A stretch of 64,000 bases of DNA from Ptychomitrium polyphyllum (taxonomy: Eukaryota), in contig OZ316775.1 in NCBI GenBank assembly GCA_973851085.1, positions 10,850,001 to 10,914,000 of the forward strand. The letters are read 5' to 3'. Below, piece by piece: positions 27,040 through 41,098 of the stretch. Under the pieces are notes generated by a model. The model saw nothing but the letters and a program-made list of their open reading frames with translations, did not search any database and had not been told where the DNA came from. The position numbers and the translations under genes were made by a program. The stretch's first letter is position 1, and every line of letters starts with the position of its first letter.

Positions 27040-28907
27040 ACTACAAATTCTTAAAAGAACCAAAAATAGATTAAATGCAAAAATACTATTCACTAATATT
27101 ATATATTTAAAAAGTACTTAATTGCAATCTATATGTTAGTTTTAGAAGCAATATTAATTATATTGCTCAATCTAATTACTTGAAAATTAAATGCTTCTTC
27201 ACTAAAATTTTACTTTTGAGCACAAGACACTCAAGGAGAGGTAAACTAAATTTTTTCTTTTGTATATGTTTTCATACAAAGAATAATTTTAATGGAAATT
27301 ATATACATAAATTGAATGTTTTACAATTAAGGAAGATGTTCATGGTAAATTTGATGATTTAATCTTATAAATATTTTCTAATTGATTTTGAATTATTGCA
27401 TATTGAACATTCATGTATCTGAAACATTTATGAGAAACAAATCATAAAATAGATCTATAACTTTTAATTAACTTTTACTAAAAAATAAAATTAGTTTGGT
27501 TATAGAAGACAAATATAGCATAAAATCTTATGTATAATGACATTTTGTACTATTGTATCACATGAATAATTCATATGGTGTTGTAATTGGTAATTTTCTA
27601 TACCCATTTGATTTCCATAATTCTTAGAGATATATGAAAATTTTAATTGAGGCTCTTTTAATGAAATTTAATAGTATCATTTTTTTACATATTTATTGAA
27701 TTCAAAGAAATTCTTAAGTATTTTTCTTTTTCTACTTGTATGAATGTAAATAAAACAATAAAATGAAAAAAATAAAATTTAATGCCTTTGTTGAATTATT
27801 GGGATTTTATATCATAAACTTTAACTTGATAGCATTTTCGAATTTATCATAAAATTACAGCATGCATTTTGCTGACCACCTTCATCTTAAAGGAGATAGT
27901 AAATGCAATTGCTCTCAGACTTCACATTTGGGTCCTTGTGCTTTCTATTTAGTTTGAAGTAAACAACTTTGTCAATGGGATGTTTGTCAAGTGTCAATTG
28001 ATTTGCGTGAACTGAAGTCCATTACTCCAGCCCTGGGTTTAGACGTTTGTGAATACATTTAAGCTCTCTCATATGATATTGATATGGGCCACAGCATTTA
28101 AAAGGGCCACTTGCCTTGAATTAAGACCCAAGGACCATGAATTATCAGCAAAGCAGTTCAAGCCTTATCATTGTGGTATGAGTTTGCTCTTACTTTGCTT
28201 TTCATATCCACTTCTGATCACACTTCTAAGATAACTCCAGTTAACTGGCAGAAGTATTCATATACAGGCATATGCGTGTCACAGGATTAAATTTTTCTGT
28301 TGGAGGTGCTTAACCAATTCAACTTATATGTGAACAAGGGTGATTTTGTACAATTTTTTTTGATGTGTGAGATAATGTCTTACCTCCTCTCTTCTTTCAA
28401 CGTTTCATGTATCCATAAAGACGGTATGTTTTAACTGTCTTTCTGGATACTGTTTTAGAGGCCAGCCACAGCAGGTGCTTGAACAGAGGCCCTTAAAGTG
28501 TTGCTTGATATTATTCTAATCTCATATGGTGAATGAATCACCCAGTCAAAGCTCAGAAGAGAAACAACTTACAAGAGAAGAAATAATACATGGGAACCAA
28601 GTGGAAATAGTTTTTCATTTTCTATAATTGGGACACAATGGACACTAAGTTTACAACTTTTGTTGTAAGCCTCCCAATTCAAATACCTTTCTGATGTCCA
28701 AGACCCCGTCCAAGTGGAATTATTCTGCTCCCAATAATGATAGATTCACCTCTGTGGACCTCATTATGTTGATAAGTTGTGTGTGCTTGTGAGAAGGAGA
28801 AAGAGAATCCACACTTCAGAACATTGATTATTTTTAAAATAAAGACTTAAAAAAACTTACTTGTTCTTTTCATTTTCATTTTTGCCACATACATAGTTAA
28901 ACTTAGA

Positions 28908-29380
28908 GACAATAATTCTGATGTTAGTAGATGACATTAGTAGATCATTTATCATTTTGTATCATTCTAATGACAAAATGACATCAAATGTTTTCCATTT
29001 AAAACCATGTCAAAATGATAAGGAAATGACTTAAAAGTTAAATGACATCTAGATGACATTTAAACAATATGAAATGTTATTTCTTTTTCAATTTTGTAGT
29101 CATTATGATAGCATTAAAACTTGTGCTGTTCTGATGTCATTCTTACGTCAATTTTATGTTAAGATGGCATCAAAGTAATGTTGGATATGATACACATTCA
29201 ATTTGGTATCCGATCCCATGTTAAAATGACATCAAGATATTTTTTGTTATAGCAAGAGTATTCCTATTGTTCATATAGTATCGAGGTGATATTTGGTATC
29301 ACACAATGATACTTGGGTGATACCTGGATAAAGTTTGGCTACATTTCAATTTTTCATGTGAATTCGGTTATTTTTCCCGT
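28908..29380 (+). repeat. Dispersed non-coding repeat rich in ATGACATC/GATGTCAT motifs, possibly MITE-like
   Basis: Many internal ATGACAT/ATGTCAT sub-repeats. Its left end (GACAATAATT...AAAATGACA) matches the reverse complement of 35660-35790. Confidence 0.5.
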
Positions 29381-29563
29381 CATAATTAAAAAACCCTCTG
29401 GTAAAGTTAGCCACTGATTTTCAAGAGTAGCAACATGGCTTAAAACAACTGAAGAACAAAAACAATGCCACAGGAACTACCATGAGGCCTTCCAGTTATT
29501 TTCTAGGTTCACTGATATTTCATTTACTCCAGGCTGCTGAAAAAACTGGAATGAATTTTGATC

Positions 29564-29656
29564 TAGGAACTCACTAGTGCCTTAGGAACTCACTAGTGCC
29601 TTAGGAACTCACTAGTGCCTTAGGAACTCACTAGTGCCTTAGGGACTCACTAGTGC
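29564..29656. repeat. 19-bp minisatellite, 5 copies
   Basis: TAGGAACTCACTAGTGCCT occurs four times perfectly plus one variant, head to tail with no spacers. Confidence 0.97.
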
Positions 29657-32600
29657 TCTCAAGCATGTGTTTCTGGTAGTGACCCTGCCACGGCCCAGGT
29701 AGCTTGCAATGTCCCTCACTGTACCTTACTGTATGGTTCAATCTTTGTTCCGTGTAAAATAATAGTGTCCTTGTGGATCAATATTTACGTTTTTTGAAGA
29801 AGCAAAAGAACAACAGCCAAGGGTTTTAAAGTTTTTGAGAGTCAAATCAATTAAGTAAGTAAACCAAGAGCAGAATGTTGCATATTCCAACGCAAGTTCC
29901 CATGTTCCTGGTGCCCAGGCAGATAAACTTGGAGGCTTGATTGTACAAAAGAGTCCATGACTAATAGTGTACCAAGTTGATGCTGAACAGTACAGGATTT
30001 GGACTATGCAAAAACATAATTGATCAGGGTTCTACAAGTAGACATGGCAAATGAACAGAGAGAATGCTCGCACTGCAGTAAGAACTTGAGCATTTGATTC
30101 TAGAACACTTGTGTATTTTTCAAATACAAGAAACCACTTTGGAAAGAGCAAGATAAAACTGTGACTGCATTATTTGCAGGCACAATCACAAGAAGTATGT
30201 TTGGAGTAGGTGAGAAGGCACGAGGTTGCAATCTTTTACTTCTTTGGATAACACATACTTCCCCAAACATCAATCACTCAATGGTGTACCTTTGTTGACC
30301 ATTCCCTCTTCAAGTTGTAGAATCTTCGGAGCACACCATGGTAGCCTAGCAACCACTGCTCCTTCAATCAAGCTTGTTAGCCCACCTATTATTTTCCCCT
30401 GGAAGTCTCCACAAGTCTGCTATATCCACTTTCCCAACAGCAAATCATGGCCAGTGGGCACACATGTGATGCATTGTGATGAACTAATGGCCGCAGCTGA
30501 CCAACCTTTGTGACTTCAGGTATTTTATGAAAGTGTCAGCCACCCATGTCACTGAAGTCCCACCTCTGCTTTTGTAGGCTGCCCCACCATAGCATTACCC
30601 ATGCCAATAATCTTTTAACATTTTGAGTGCAGTTTGCATGATCTTGGACCTAGTTTGGCCTTCATATTGCACTGCAATAGATTTTTGTTGAACTTAACAT
30701 GAAAAGATTTGCAATATGATGACCAAATTACATTATGGGCTCTTTGTGGTAGTTCATTCATATTCATATTCACATATATATATATAGAAAGACTCCTTTA
30801 TTCTCATAAAACTATTGTTTATAATTTGCACAATAATATTACAAGTTTAGTAACATTATTTATTTTGATATTTTGACAAAATATTTTTTAATTTTTTTAG
30901 AATATACATATTTCCTAACTTATTGATATTAATATGTACGTAAACGTTGTATATCATTAAAATTTTTGAATTAGATTAAAAGCCTTAAACTTCAAAGTCC
31001 TTCTAAATTGTTTATGAATGAAATTTTCAAGTAGTATTACAAAATTAAGATGTAAAACTCCAATTTTGTTTCAAAAAGAATATCAATGGTTCTTGATTAT
31101 ATAACCTTTCAGTTACAAAGTCACTTTTAAATTAAATATTTTGAAGCATTTGAATTAAAATACTTATCTTTTATGCATTAAATTTTTGAATAAAAGGTTC
31201 TTTTAGACATTATGAAAATGTTCAAATCATGATAAAATTCCATTGAACTTATAAATAAAGAGCTAATTAGAATATTCAATCAATTCCATAGATCTTTGAA
31301 GTTGAAATTATTCATAAAGTACATTGAATATTCATATACTACATTGAGTTCCTATTTTTTGTGTACTTTGAATGAAGTTTGTTGTACAATGGACATTAAA
31401 ATGTTTGAAATTGATTTTCAATGTAGTATAATGTCCATGCTAGGGAAAAGAAAATATTTTCTTACTTTTTAGCCATGTCATGTAGGCATATATATGTAAT
31501 ATAGAAAGCACAAAATATACAATATACTTTGTTTTTCAATGATTAATTTAGAATTTAATTTTTTCATTTAAGTATCAAAATAAATATTCTTTTAATCTCA
31601 AACTAAAAATACAACAACAAAAGTTTATCTATAAGTAGAATAATATCATAAAGGTACTACAATACATTTAAATCATCAAAGCATAATTTAAAAAAGATAA
31701 ATTCTTAATCATCCATGTGATGCATGTACTATATAAATACAATAATACATTTTGATGTGCATTGACATAGTGTGTAGTTCATAAACACACTTATGACAAA
31801 ACAATGATATAAATATACGTAGGACGTTTTCTATTATTAGGAATTATTTTTTGTTTGCAATAAATTATTTAAAAAGTTTTTATATAAGATAAAATTGAAT
31901 TTAAAAGAGACAAAATTTGATTAGATATAAAATGGATTAAAAATAAATCTTACCTTGTGTTTAATAGTACCTTATTAAATGTTGGCAAGATTCAAAAATC
32001 ATTATTGTTAAATTCCAAACCTTCATTTCCAAAATATCCAATAATTTTCAATAGAATTTTTCTATATATCTTTAAAAACTCCAAAGTTTGCTCATGGGCC
32101 TTTATTAATTGCTTGAGTTAGTTAATTACAATGACACACTAATAACAAAATTTAAGCTATACAAATAAGGTTGAATACTTATTTTTTGAATAACTCAATT
32201 GAAACCTTTTATCTGCTTAATATATGAATTCTATTTTTATAGAAATAAAAATAAGATTTGATATAATGTAATTCCATCATATGCAAATTTTTAGTTTTGA
32301 TCATTTGTAATCCAAAACCAAAACCAAAAACTAAATGAAAAATCTAATATTTTTACAACTTATAAAAATAAATAGACCTATTTATTGCATGGCAATTGTT
32401 TGCATTGTATTTTTAAAGTTTGTTTCTTCTATAAACAATAGTTTTTAACAATTCATAACACCTAGCATTAAGGCACTTTCCGTTTGGATGGAGCAATTGG
32501 ACAACTTTAGATACCTAGGGAAAATAAATAATTGATTTGGAAAAACACGGCTAACTTTGAGAAGGACCAACATTTCAGGTTCCTTGACTACGCCCCAACA

Positions 32601-32792
32601 TTACAAAAACTCCTCACTGGTTCATCAAAATACACCCTAAATTACATTTTTACTTATTTTTGTGCCAATGGTGTATTAGAATGTGTTTTACAAAAACTTT
32701 GAACTTTTGGTTTTGGGAGTTCTCAATGGATAACGTCAATACAAGTATATCTCTCCCTAAGTCTGTGAGATTGCATTCAGCCTTTCAGGGTG

Positions 32793-32975
32793 AAGATTAT
32801 CATTGGGCATGATGGTACTGTAATGCATGATGAGCACACTGATCTATGCAACCCCAGGTGGATATGCATACATTAGTAGTCAAACAAAGATTATCATTGG
32901 GTGTGATAGTACTGTGATGCGCGATGAGCACACTGATCCACATAGCTCCAGGCAGATAAAACCACATTAGTATCC
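32793..32975. repeat. 94-bp tandem duplication, 2 diverged copies
   Basis: AAGATTATCATTGGG...GATGAGCACACTGATC...CATTAGTA at 32793 and 32887. Confidence 0.92.
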
Positions 32976-33179
32976 CAACAATACAGCACCCTGCTTAGCA
33001 AGGCCATCAAGTGTAGAATTCATAATATTTAATGTGGCCTGCTACTTTGGAAGATGGTAGCCCTACTTTATAGTCCACGAAAGTACAAGTTTGAAAGAGA
33101 CATGTAAGTAGCCTTCCACCTTATGCGGAAACTCAGTAAGCCATTAAGATTTTTGGTGTGCCTGCATTTTTGCTTCAAG

Positions 33180-33724
33180 CAATGTATCTTCAAATGAGTC
33201 AATCTGAGGCGTAGACCAGCTGATAGATGTGGTTGACAGGTTATTGCTGGGGGGAGTAGACATGCGGATAGAATAGCGCAATAAGCAAGACTAGCAATTA
33301 TTTATCATCAGCAACTCTGGTCAGATAAAGGGATTAAGTGTAAGATATGGAACGGATTCTTAGATTACAGTAGAAGAGCGTGGCAGCATTGCTCAGGAAA
33401 GCCAAAAAGGCAACTTACGAAGTGATCCTCAAAGATATGCTCACAGCTTTGATGCACTTGAATGAGGAAGCAAGTTTTAGGAAAGCGACCAGGTATGAGA
33501 GTGGTCTTGAACCTGGTTCTGACAAGCTCTGGCATTTTTACTAATCCGCAGTTTGGTCTTTTGTATAGGTTCCAGTCTTGTTGTTATCTGCCCCAGGGTG
33601 CTGCTCAATTTCTGGGGAGAGATTTTCCTGCAGTAAAGCTATTTATTCTGCTATTCACCTAAGAGGCAAAAAGGAATATTAGTGTATGGATGTCCAAACG
33701 TGGAACCTTTGTTGCTCTTGGCAA
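33180..33724 (+). pseudogene. Probable intron-containing pseudogene fragment, family unknown
   Basis: Protein-like frames (GVDQLIDVVDRLLLGGVDMRIE and KSVAALLRKAKKATYEVILKDMLTALMHLNEEASFRKATR) broken by TAG/TGA/TAA stops that C-to-T changes would explain. A canonical 76-nt intron at 33493-33568 (GTATGA...TACTAAT...TGTATAG) preserves frame into FQSCCYLPQGAAQFLG. Confidence 0.45.
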
Positions 33725-35659
33725 GGCATGTTTGTCTCACTTTATTCTACTTGTTACACAGAAGTGGCCATTTAGGGTGGGTTCCAGTAACATCAACAAA
33801 GACATTGTTGATGCTTTTAAGCCTCTTTGCAAAACCATGTTTTTTTCCTTGTTAAATTTTTTAATGTAATTCTTATGTATTTACTGTGCTTCATAACAAT
33901 TGCACAATTTTGGGTACATCTTTAGGGAATAATTTAAGAAGGCTTTGCGTATCTCCATAGGATTCAAATGGAACATCTTGTATAGGTTTTCATAGGATAT
34001 TTTATTTCCTTCAACTTTGCTACTTTATGTTATAGATGTGATTCAAGAATATGTTCTAACTTATTGCTATGCTTTTAAAGCCTATCCAAATTTATATAAA
34101 TGTATGGCTTTCTTTTGAAAGGGTGAAGTCTAATATGATAACATGCTTGTATACTAAGATTTCAAAACAAGTCCATAATCTCTTATAAAGAACTTTAAAT
34201 ACTAATGTTTATTCATCATATTTGATTGGTTCCAAGGTCATATCGACAAGAATAGAAACATAGAGGTAAATCCTAATGATTAATTTTGACACTTTATAGC
34301 ATAAACCATGATATCAAAGACTTATTGCCTTCACTAGGCACCACCAAAACACAAGTTGATTGAGATTCCTTTTGAAACATTATAACACCTTAAAACAATA
34401 TTTAAATGTTGTTTTAGACATTTTTGTGTTTTAATAGAGTATTTTACTCAACCTTTATTTTTGGTGATGAAATAATCATATATTTTGTGGATTGAAAAAA
34501 AAATTATTATGTGATTGAGGTGGATTCTACCTAATTTTAAATTCTTGGTAATCAATATAGTTGATTTCTCAACCTCACATCATAATATTCTCATAATATT
34601 CTTCAATAGTTGGAGTGGATCACCTTCAAAGTAATAAAATCCATAATTGAAAATTTAAGACACTTCAATATGGTTATGATTGATACAATATAGTTTTACA
34701 TTAAATTACATCCACAAGAAAAAAGAATCCCAACACATTTAAAAACACATTGTCTAAAAACCATATGAAAAAGTCAAAAATGTTCAAAAATTGGGAATCT
34801 ATGAAATTTTGGCTACCTCTATTCCAAGTAGCTTACAAGATTGCTAAGAATGTTAAGATCTCAGCATTCGGAAACACTCACAAAATTGTGAAATTACTGA
34901 AATCACAAAAGGTTATTTCTTATCATCAAAAAGTGTACACTTTCCAAAGATAAACATTTATTATTTAATTGGACGCAAATGAAGTGACTCATTGCAAAGA
35001 ATAACTCCCTCTAACATAACAAGTGGGCAGAACTGTAGAGGAAGAAAAGTCCTACAAGACACATCCCAAGATGGGCTCTGAATTGACTGAGAAATCACCC
35101 ACTAGCACCTACAACAGATTGTTTTAGTACCAAATTCCATTCCATTGCACAGCCTGATTTGTTCTCCTGTCAATAATGCCTCTAATCATCCATCTACCTA
35201 TATTTAAAGTTTTTGAAAAACTTTGCTTGATATGGAAATAATTTAGCCTCCCATGAGTTTGTTGCATGGCACAACAATTTTGTTACATCTTCAAACTCTT
35301 TGACAATGAGCACATATTGGATAAGTGAGCCTTCAAATCTATGAATGTGGATTTATGGCCTATTGTCTTCTACTTCAACAGCTACTAACAAATTCATGGG
35401 GATTCCAAAAATTATAAATTTTTTTGTTTGAAATGAAAGTCTAACACAGTTCTAACAAATGAAAGGTGGTGATTGGTAACTCTATCTTACAACTACTACT
35501 TAAAAAGAACTCACATCTACAAATGTATTGAACCAATAATGTACATTATCAACAACAACCAACAATGAACAAGCTATCAATCACTTGTTCAAATTGGATG
35601 AACTACAAACTTATCTTAAAGTGGAGTTCTAAATTAAGGTTCTAAATAACAATAAAACA

Positions 35660-35790
35660 ACATTTGATGTGATTTTGATGTAATTTAAAAATAATTTCCA
35701 CATCATTTTAACTTGTGTCATTTTGATGTGAAGAAGACATGAAGTGACAAGTTATCTATTTGTGTCATTTGGACGTTACAATTATTGTCC
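35660..35790 (-). repeat. Partial inverted copy of the 28908-29380 repeat family
   Basis: Reverse complement GGACAATAATTGTAACGTCCAAATGACACAAATAGATAACTTGTCACTT...CAAAATGACAC aligns with 28908-28990. Confidence 0.5.
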
Positions 35791-38700
35791 GAAACCGATA
35801 CTCATGTGGCCCTAACCATCCTGAGTTACCAAAGGGTGAAGCAAGTTGCTCATGCATATTAGGAGGCACCTTCAAGAAGCATTTTGAGTCAATTGCAAGG
35901 AAGTGAGGAACATAGTATTCTTTCCTTGTGTGTACTCCTCTGCTGGAATTTTATGCCTGCAGGGTCAGTGAGACATAATTACTGGCCACAACAATGTATA
36001 ATTACACACTCTGTTGATTAATTTCCTATGGGAATTGAGAAAGACAAACTGCAAATGGTCAGTAGCATGGCTAGTGGCATGAGCTTCGTTGGTTCTGATA
36101 CAGAAACAGATTTCCCGTCAGCCATTCTGGCTAGAGCGTTAATGTAAGTCAAACAGTTCTAGGAATTACTGTAACCTCGAAGTAAGAATCTGTCAACTGG
36201 CTTGCTTACACCATCCATTCGTACTTGGCTCTTCATCAGAAATTCTGATGAAATTTGGAAGTGCAGTACTATTTACATCTGGAACCCTTTATCCTTCAGT
36301 TTTGTACTTACACATGTAGTAGAACATGGCACGCTGGCATCGGATTCTGCTCTGGAGCTTAGCTGTTCCCTCATTTGCTTTGAATGGTGTGTTTAAATGA
36401 TCTTTCCATAAGAAGTTCACAGCATTCAAATTTATGAATTTGCAATCTGTAATGAAAAAGCATAAACTCCTATTGGCTTTTACACTGAAGAGGTGCTTTG
36501 GAGGTGAAATATTAATGCCAGAAATTGCCATCTCACTACAAATAACACAGACAGATCGTACTCCACAGTACACATAACTTTGCCCCTACAATAGACTCTA
36601 GAGCTACAGAGAGTAGCAACTTCTGGAATGCGGTGTCACTCTGAGTAGCTGAGGCTAATTTCCTCAAATTGTGCCTTTCCAACACAGGCATCTCTTGGAG
36701 ATGCATGCAGTGGTTCAAATCTGCGTTGTTACTTATTTATTTTGCATTGGCACCAAGAGTGGAAATTCGTCATTAATAACTTATCTTGATTGCAAATTTT
36801 GTTTTATGTTCAGATATTGTGGAATAAATAACTATCAGAGGCCACTCACCTCAGAACACCGAACACTTGCAATTTCGGAGTTGGAGATTAATTCACGCTT
36901 TGACGTCTTGTTTTGCTAGAATTTTTTCTTGATTTCTTGGAAGAATGTGCTGTGAACAGCGACACTAGCAGGATGATGGTTTGTCGCGGAGGATGGAGTG
37001 ATCGTGACTTCAGCGAGTTGATCGGTGAGAGTTGACCGACGAGGTTGATCGATAAGGGTGGCGATGAGAGACACCACGTTGGTCGAGTGTTCGCACAGGC
37101 ACATTTGCATGTTCGTGGTTTGCCTCAGACTCCTTCCTCTTCGTTTGTCCTCAATAAGCGAAGGCGAGAAGTCAGTGTGTGAAGATTGGAGAAGCGATGG
37201 TGATGCAAGAAAAATTGAAGTCGATCCGGTTTAGCACATCACAAAGACTTGCAGTAAATCAAAGTAATAAACAATCAATCAGTTTCACCACTTTGAGAGA
37301 CTAGCTCTTTAGTAGACGTAGCTGTACACAGTAACTACAAATCTCAATCATTCCATGAAATCACACATGATAATCCCAATAACTTGAATTAAACCAAGGT
37401 ATTTAGAATTACTTACTTTCACCACTACGTGAAACTTGCAGGTGGTCGCTGCTCTCACAGTCCATGTGAACAGAGAAGATGAAGAGGAATGATATACATC
37501 CTGTGGCTTGAGACAAGGGGAATGTTGTGCAAGGATCCATTCATTTAATATTTCCTGTGAAGTCAGGTGATTAGAAGTTAATGGTTGAGAATGTGGGCAC
37601 AAACTCTAGGCAAAAGAAAAGGGTAGCCCTAAAGGTTGTTAACAGCATTTAAGTCAACATATGTGTTCCTTCATGCCATTAAATAACGACTGACCCCATT
37701 TGGACTTGAAAGGTACATAATGCATAAATTGCAAAGTCTCAAAGTACACTTACACACACAGCTGTGCTGTTTTGTAACTTGTGCAGAGAACTGCAGTAGT
37801 GAAAGTTTTGCCAAACCAAAAATCAGAACTCACAAGTCTTGTAGTTAGGTACCATACAACTCTGGTGTATGGCTACATTGATAACGTTGCCAGCCACCCT
37901 CTCTACAATTCTAGTACCTGCACGTGTGGACACCCTCAAAACCTGGGTGCAATCCTCTCTAAGTTACCAGTCTAGTTTGGCTTATGGGACAACATGCATT
38001 GCTTTCCTCTGCCAATGGCCAAGACCTGGGGCTTCTGGTGGTTTGTCCAGTCTTCCTGAGCCTCTTGTTTGGCTCTTGCTACTTGTTTTATATCAATATG
38101 ACTTCACCTGGGAGGTCCCATGAACACGTTACTAGATCACATGAGCTGAAGCCATCCATGGGACTGTCTTCAACCACCATGCCCATGAATGAAGAGGTCA
38201 TGGTTAGAGTATCAGATTAGAATGTGAACAAGGTGCAGAAAGTGTGCAACTTACAGTCACAGACTCACAGACACAGCTTGTTGCAGGCCTGTATTACAGT
38301 TTACAGCACAATAGCTCAGCAGTAGTTAATTTATCCAGAATCATTTCAAGTCTGAATAAGCCACCTGCCTGTCTGTAAGTTGAGTTACAGACGTCATACA
38401 GAGGAGATGTAAGTTGGAACTAGTCAATCTGCATGTCAAGTATGCAATTACAGGATAGCCTCTCACCTGATCTCACCATCAGTAAAGGATAGAGATATTT
38501 TTGGGTCTACAATAATCATTATTTTTGAAGTGTGATGGGTGTAAAAAAGAGTAAAATGTGGAATTTCATTTGTACAGTCTATTAGTAGACTTGTTGTAAA
38601 TTATTTGAATTAATTTTGAAATATTGAGGCCTTGTGAATTGAAAGGCTATAATGTTTTAATATAAAAAAATGGTTTCACAAATTAGCTAATGATACTTTG

Positions 38701-41098
38701 AAGTTGAAATTTTATTATTGAAGCTGTTCATATAAAATAAATTTTTAGTAAATACTTGTTTAATGTTGTTCTAAGAATACATTGATACAAGAAATCACTA
38801 AAAAGCCTTGCAATGATATAAAATGATTCAATTTTTACAAAGAAAAGATCCTCTTGTATTAAAAGGCTTTAGCAAGTACCTTGGATTAATTCAAGAATTT
38901 TACCAGAATAATTAGACTTGATTTGAAATCCACCTAAACAAAGTATAGTGTAAACAACACAAAATAAAAGGAAAATCACTTCTCACAAGTTTCAACATAT
39001 AATGTGATAAACTTTTTAAGTTGGTATTACTTAGGATCAAAACATCACTACGGTATTGACTTGCCTCATATCTCTTTTATTTTAAGATTACTCTTTTGTT
39101 TTTTGGAATGCTAACAAAGTTATTTTATTATAGAAGCTATTTTTTCTCTTACACTTGGTGTAACATTCTTCAATGATCCTTATCAACACCCTTTTCATAT
39201 AGATTCATTTGATCACCTTAAAGTTCAATTTCTTTAAATAAAAATTGTATTCTAGTGAAGATTGAAAGAGTTTAGGTGTCGTGTCACCTAACTAAACTCA
39301 TGTCTTTATGCATTGATTGCTACATGGCCTCCCTATCATTTATTGTTGGTCTCCTAGGTGGGGTGAGTTACTTCACTACTCAAGAATGTTACATGGATCC
39401 AGTGTAATGGGTATTCCTGGACTAGGTCTCTAAAACTATGGGAGCACCACATCATAGCATACTACATTTCAGAGTTTAGTACCCGGCTGTATGGAACTTC
39501 ATATGGGACCAGCCAGACCTGCAACTACTGCATTTGACTGTTGGGTACAATTGAGATTGCTGCTGATATAGCCATGAGGTTCTGAAGGGCCAGCATTTAG
39601 AATTTTGCTCGTTGTCGGTAAGCCAGTTGAAATTGATGGCATAAAGCTTCCATGGTGGATGCTGCATTCCACACAAGTAGTTGTGTCATATCCAAAGATT
39701 ACAAGTTAAGCAAAATTGCCATGGTGAATTAGAGACAAAAAGCAATTGTCCAAGAGGCCATACTGACATGTGACATTGGAGAAGCAGGCTTTTGCATGTG
39801 TCTCCCTGTTGATAGGAGGATATTGCCAAACAGGCACACATCATGACCATTTTAACAGTGAGCTTCTACAAGAGGTACACATTTGGAAAATACCAACATA
39901 TGAATGGCTATTAACTCTGATTCCTCTGCAGCTGGAACATACTACTTTAAGTGCATGTTAGTTCCCACATACAGTTAGCATGGGAGGCAAAAGAAAAATC
40001 ATTGTCTAGGTCCTCACAGCTCACTGCATTTCATTGTGTTCACTGCATCAATTTGAAATGTATCTAGGTGTAAATAAAAGCAAGGTTCACTTACATAAGT
40101 GAATGGAACACAAGTCTGCTTAGTACTTATGAGATGCAACCGCAATCATTTACATATTAGACCAACTGATACTAACAAAATTATATATATTGTAGTAGAA
40201 AATATTCAACTACTTTGCTCAAAAGTTCAACACAGAAACTTCTGCATAATCACAAATAGCATCAACTCACTAATTTCTTCCACTAATCATAACCTCGAAC
40301 TAATTACCAAAATCAGAAGAACGGCAATTCAGAAATTGAAACTTTTGTACTCATTGTCTAAGAATACTTTCACTTCTAAGGAACGAAACAAGCTACACAA
40401 AATATTACCAGAACCTCACTGGTAAACTGGAGATTCTTCCTGCTTAATTTCGATCTCAGTTCAACAGATAGTTGTGTCCTGAGTAGAAGAATCTCTAAAT
40501 GATAGTATACATGGTTTCACCAACGTCTGTGGAAACCACCCTTACTCTCAAGTTATTCGTGAGGCTGTTCAGTGCAAATTTTGCATTGGTGGTGCTAGCT
40601 GTGTCGGTATTCTACAGACTACCTACTCCGATCTCCTAGAAATAGTAAGAGCTATCTTATAGCTCTGCTCTGAATCTATACACTCCATTCACGACTCAGT
40701 TCTAATCTGGTCTGATATGCAGGCTGAATTAAAACCTATACAAAGGGAAAAACTGGAAGCTTAGGGATACCTAAATCACCTTCAGCTCGCATCCAAAAAC
40801 ATTTGGCAGGAGTTCTGGCCAATAATTCAAGTAAGATCTCCAGAAGGTTTTGATGTATTTCTTGGATGAACTCCCTTGGGTTGTCTTAATCTACGGCGAC
40901 TCCAGGACTGTTGTTCTGAATTTCATTCACAGTGCACCTCGTTGGCCTCCAGAAGAAAACAACACAATACAAGTTCGAGGAAAAACTCAGCACATACACA
41001 CGAAGGTAGCATCATCTTGTACCATGAATGTGGAATGTGAAGACTATGAAACAACTATATCAACAAACATGACTGTTACCTCTCAATGTAGAATCTCC

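Noticed and set aside
29564..29656. CRISPR-like array
   Set aside because: The repeats are contiguous with no unique spacers, there are no cas genes, and the context is eukaryotic.
32815..32945. C/D box snoRNA pair (ATGATGA...CTGA)
   Set aside because: The boxes are only a few nt apart, there is no terminal stem, and the motif is degraded in the second copy.
36597..36665. Possible miRNA hairpin (AGCTAC...GTAGCT)
   Set aside because: Pairing is too short and interrupted for a 21-nt duplex.
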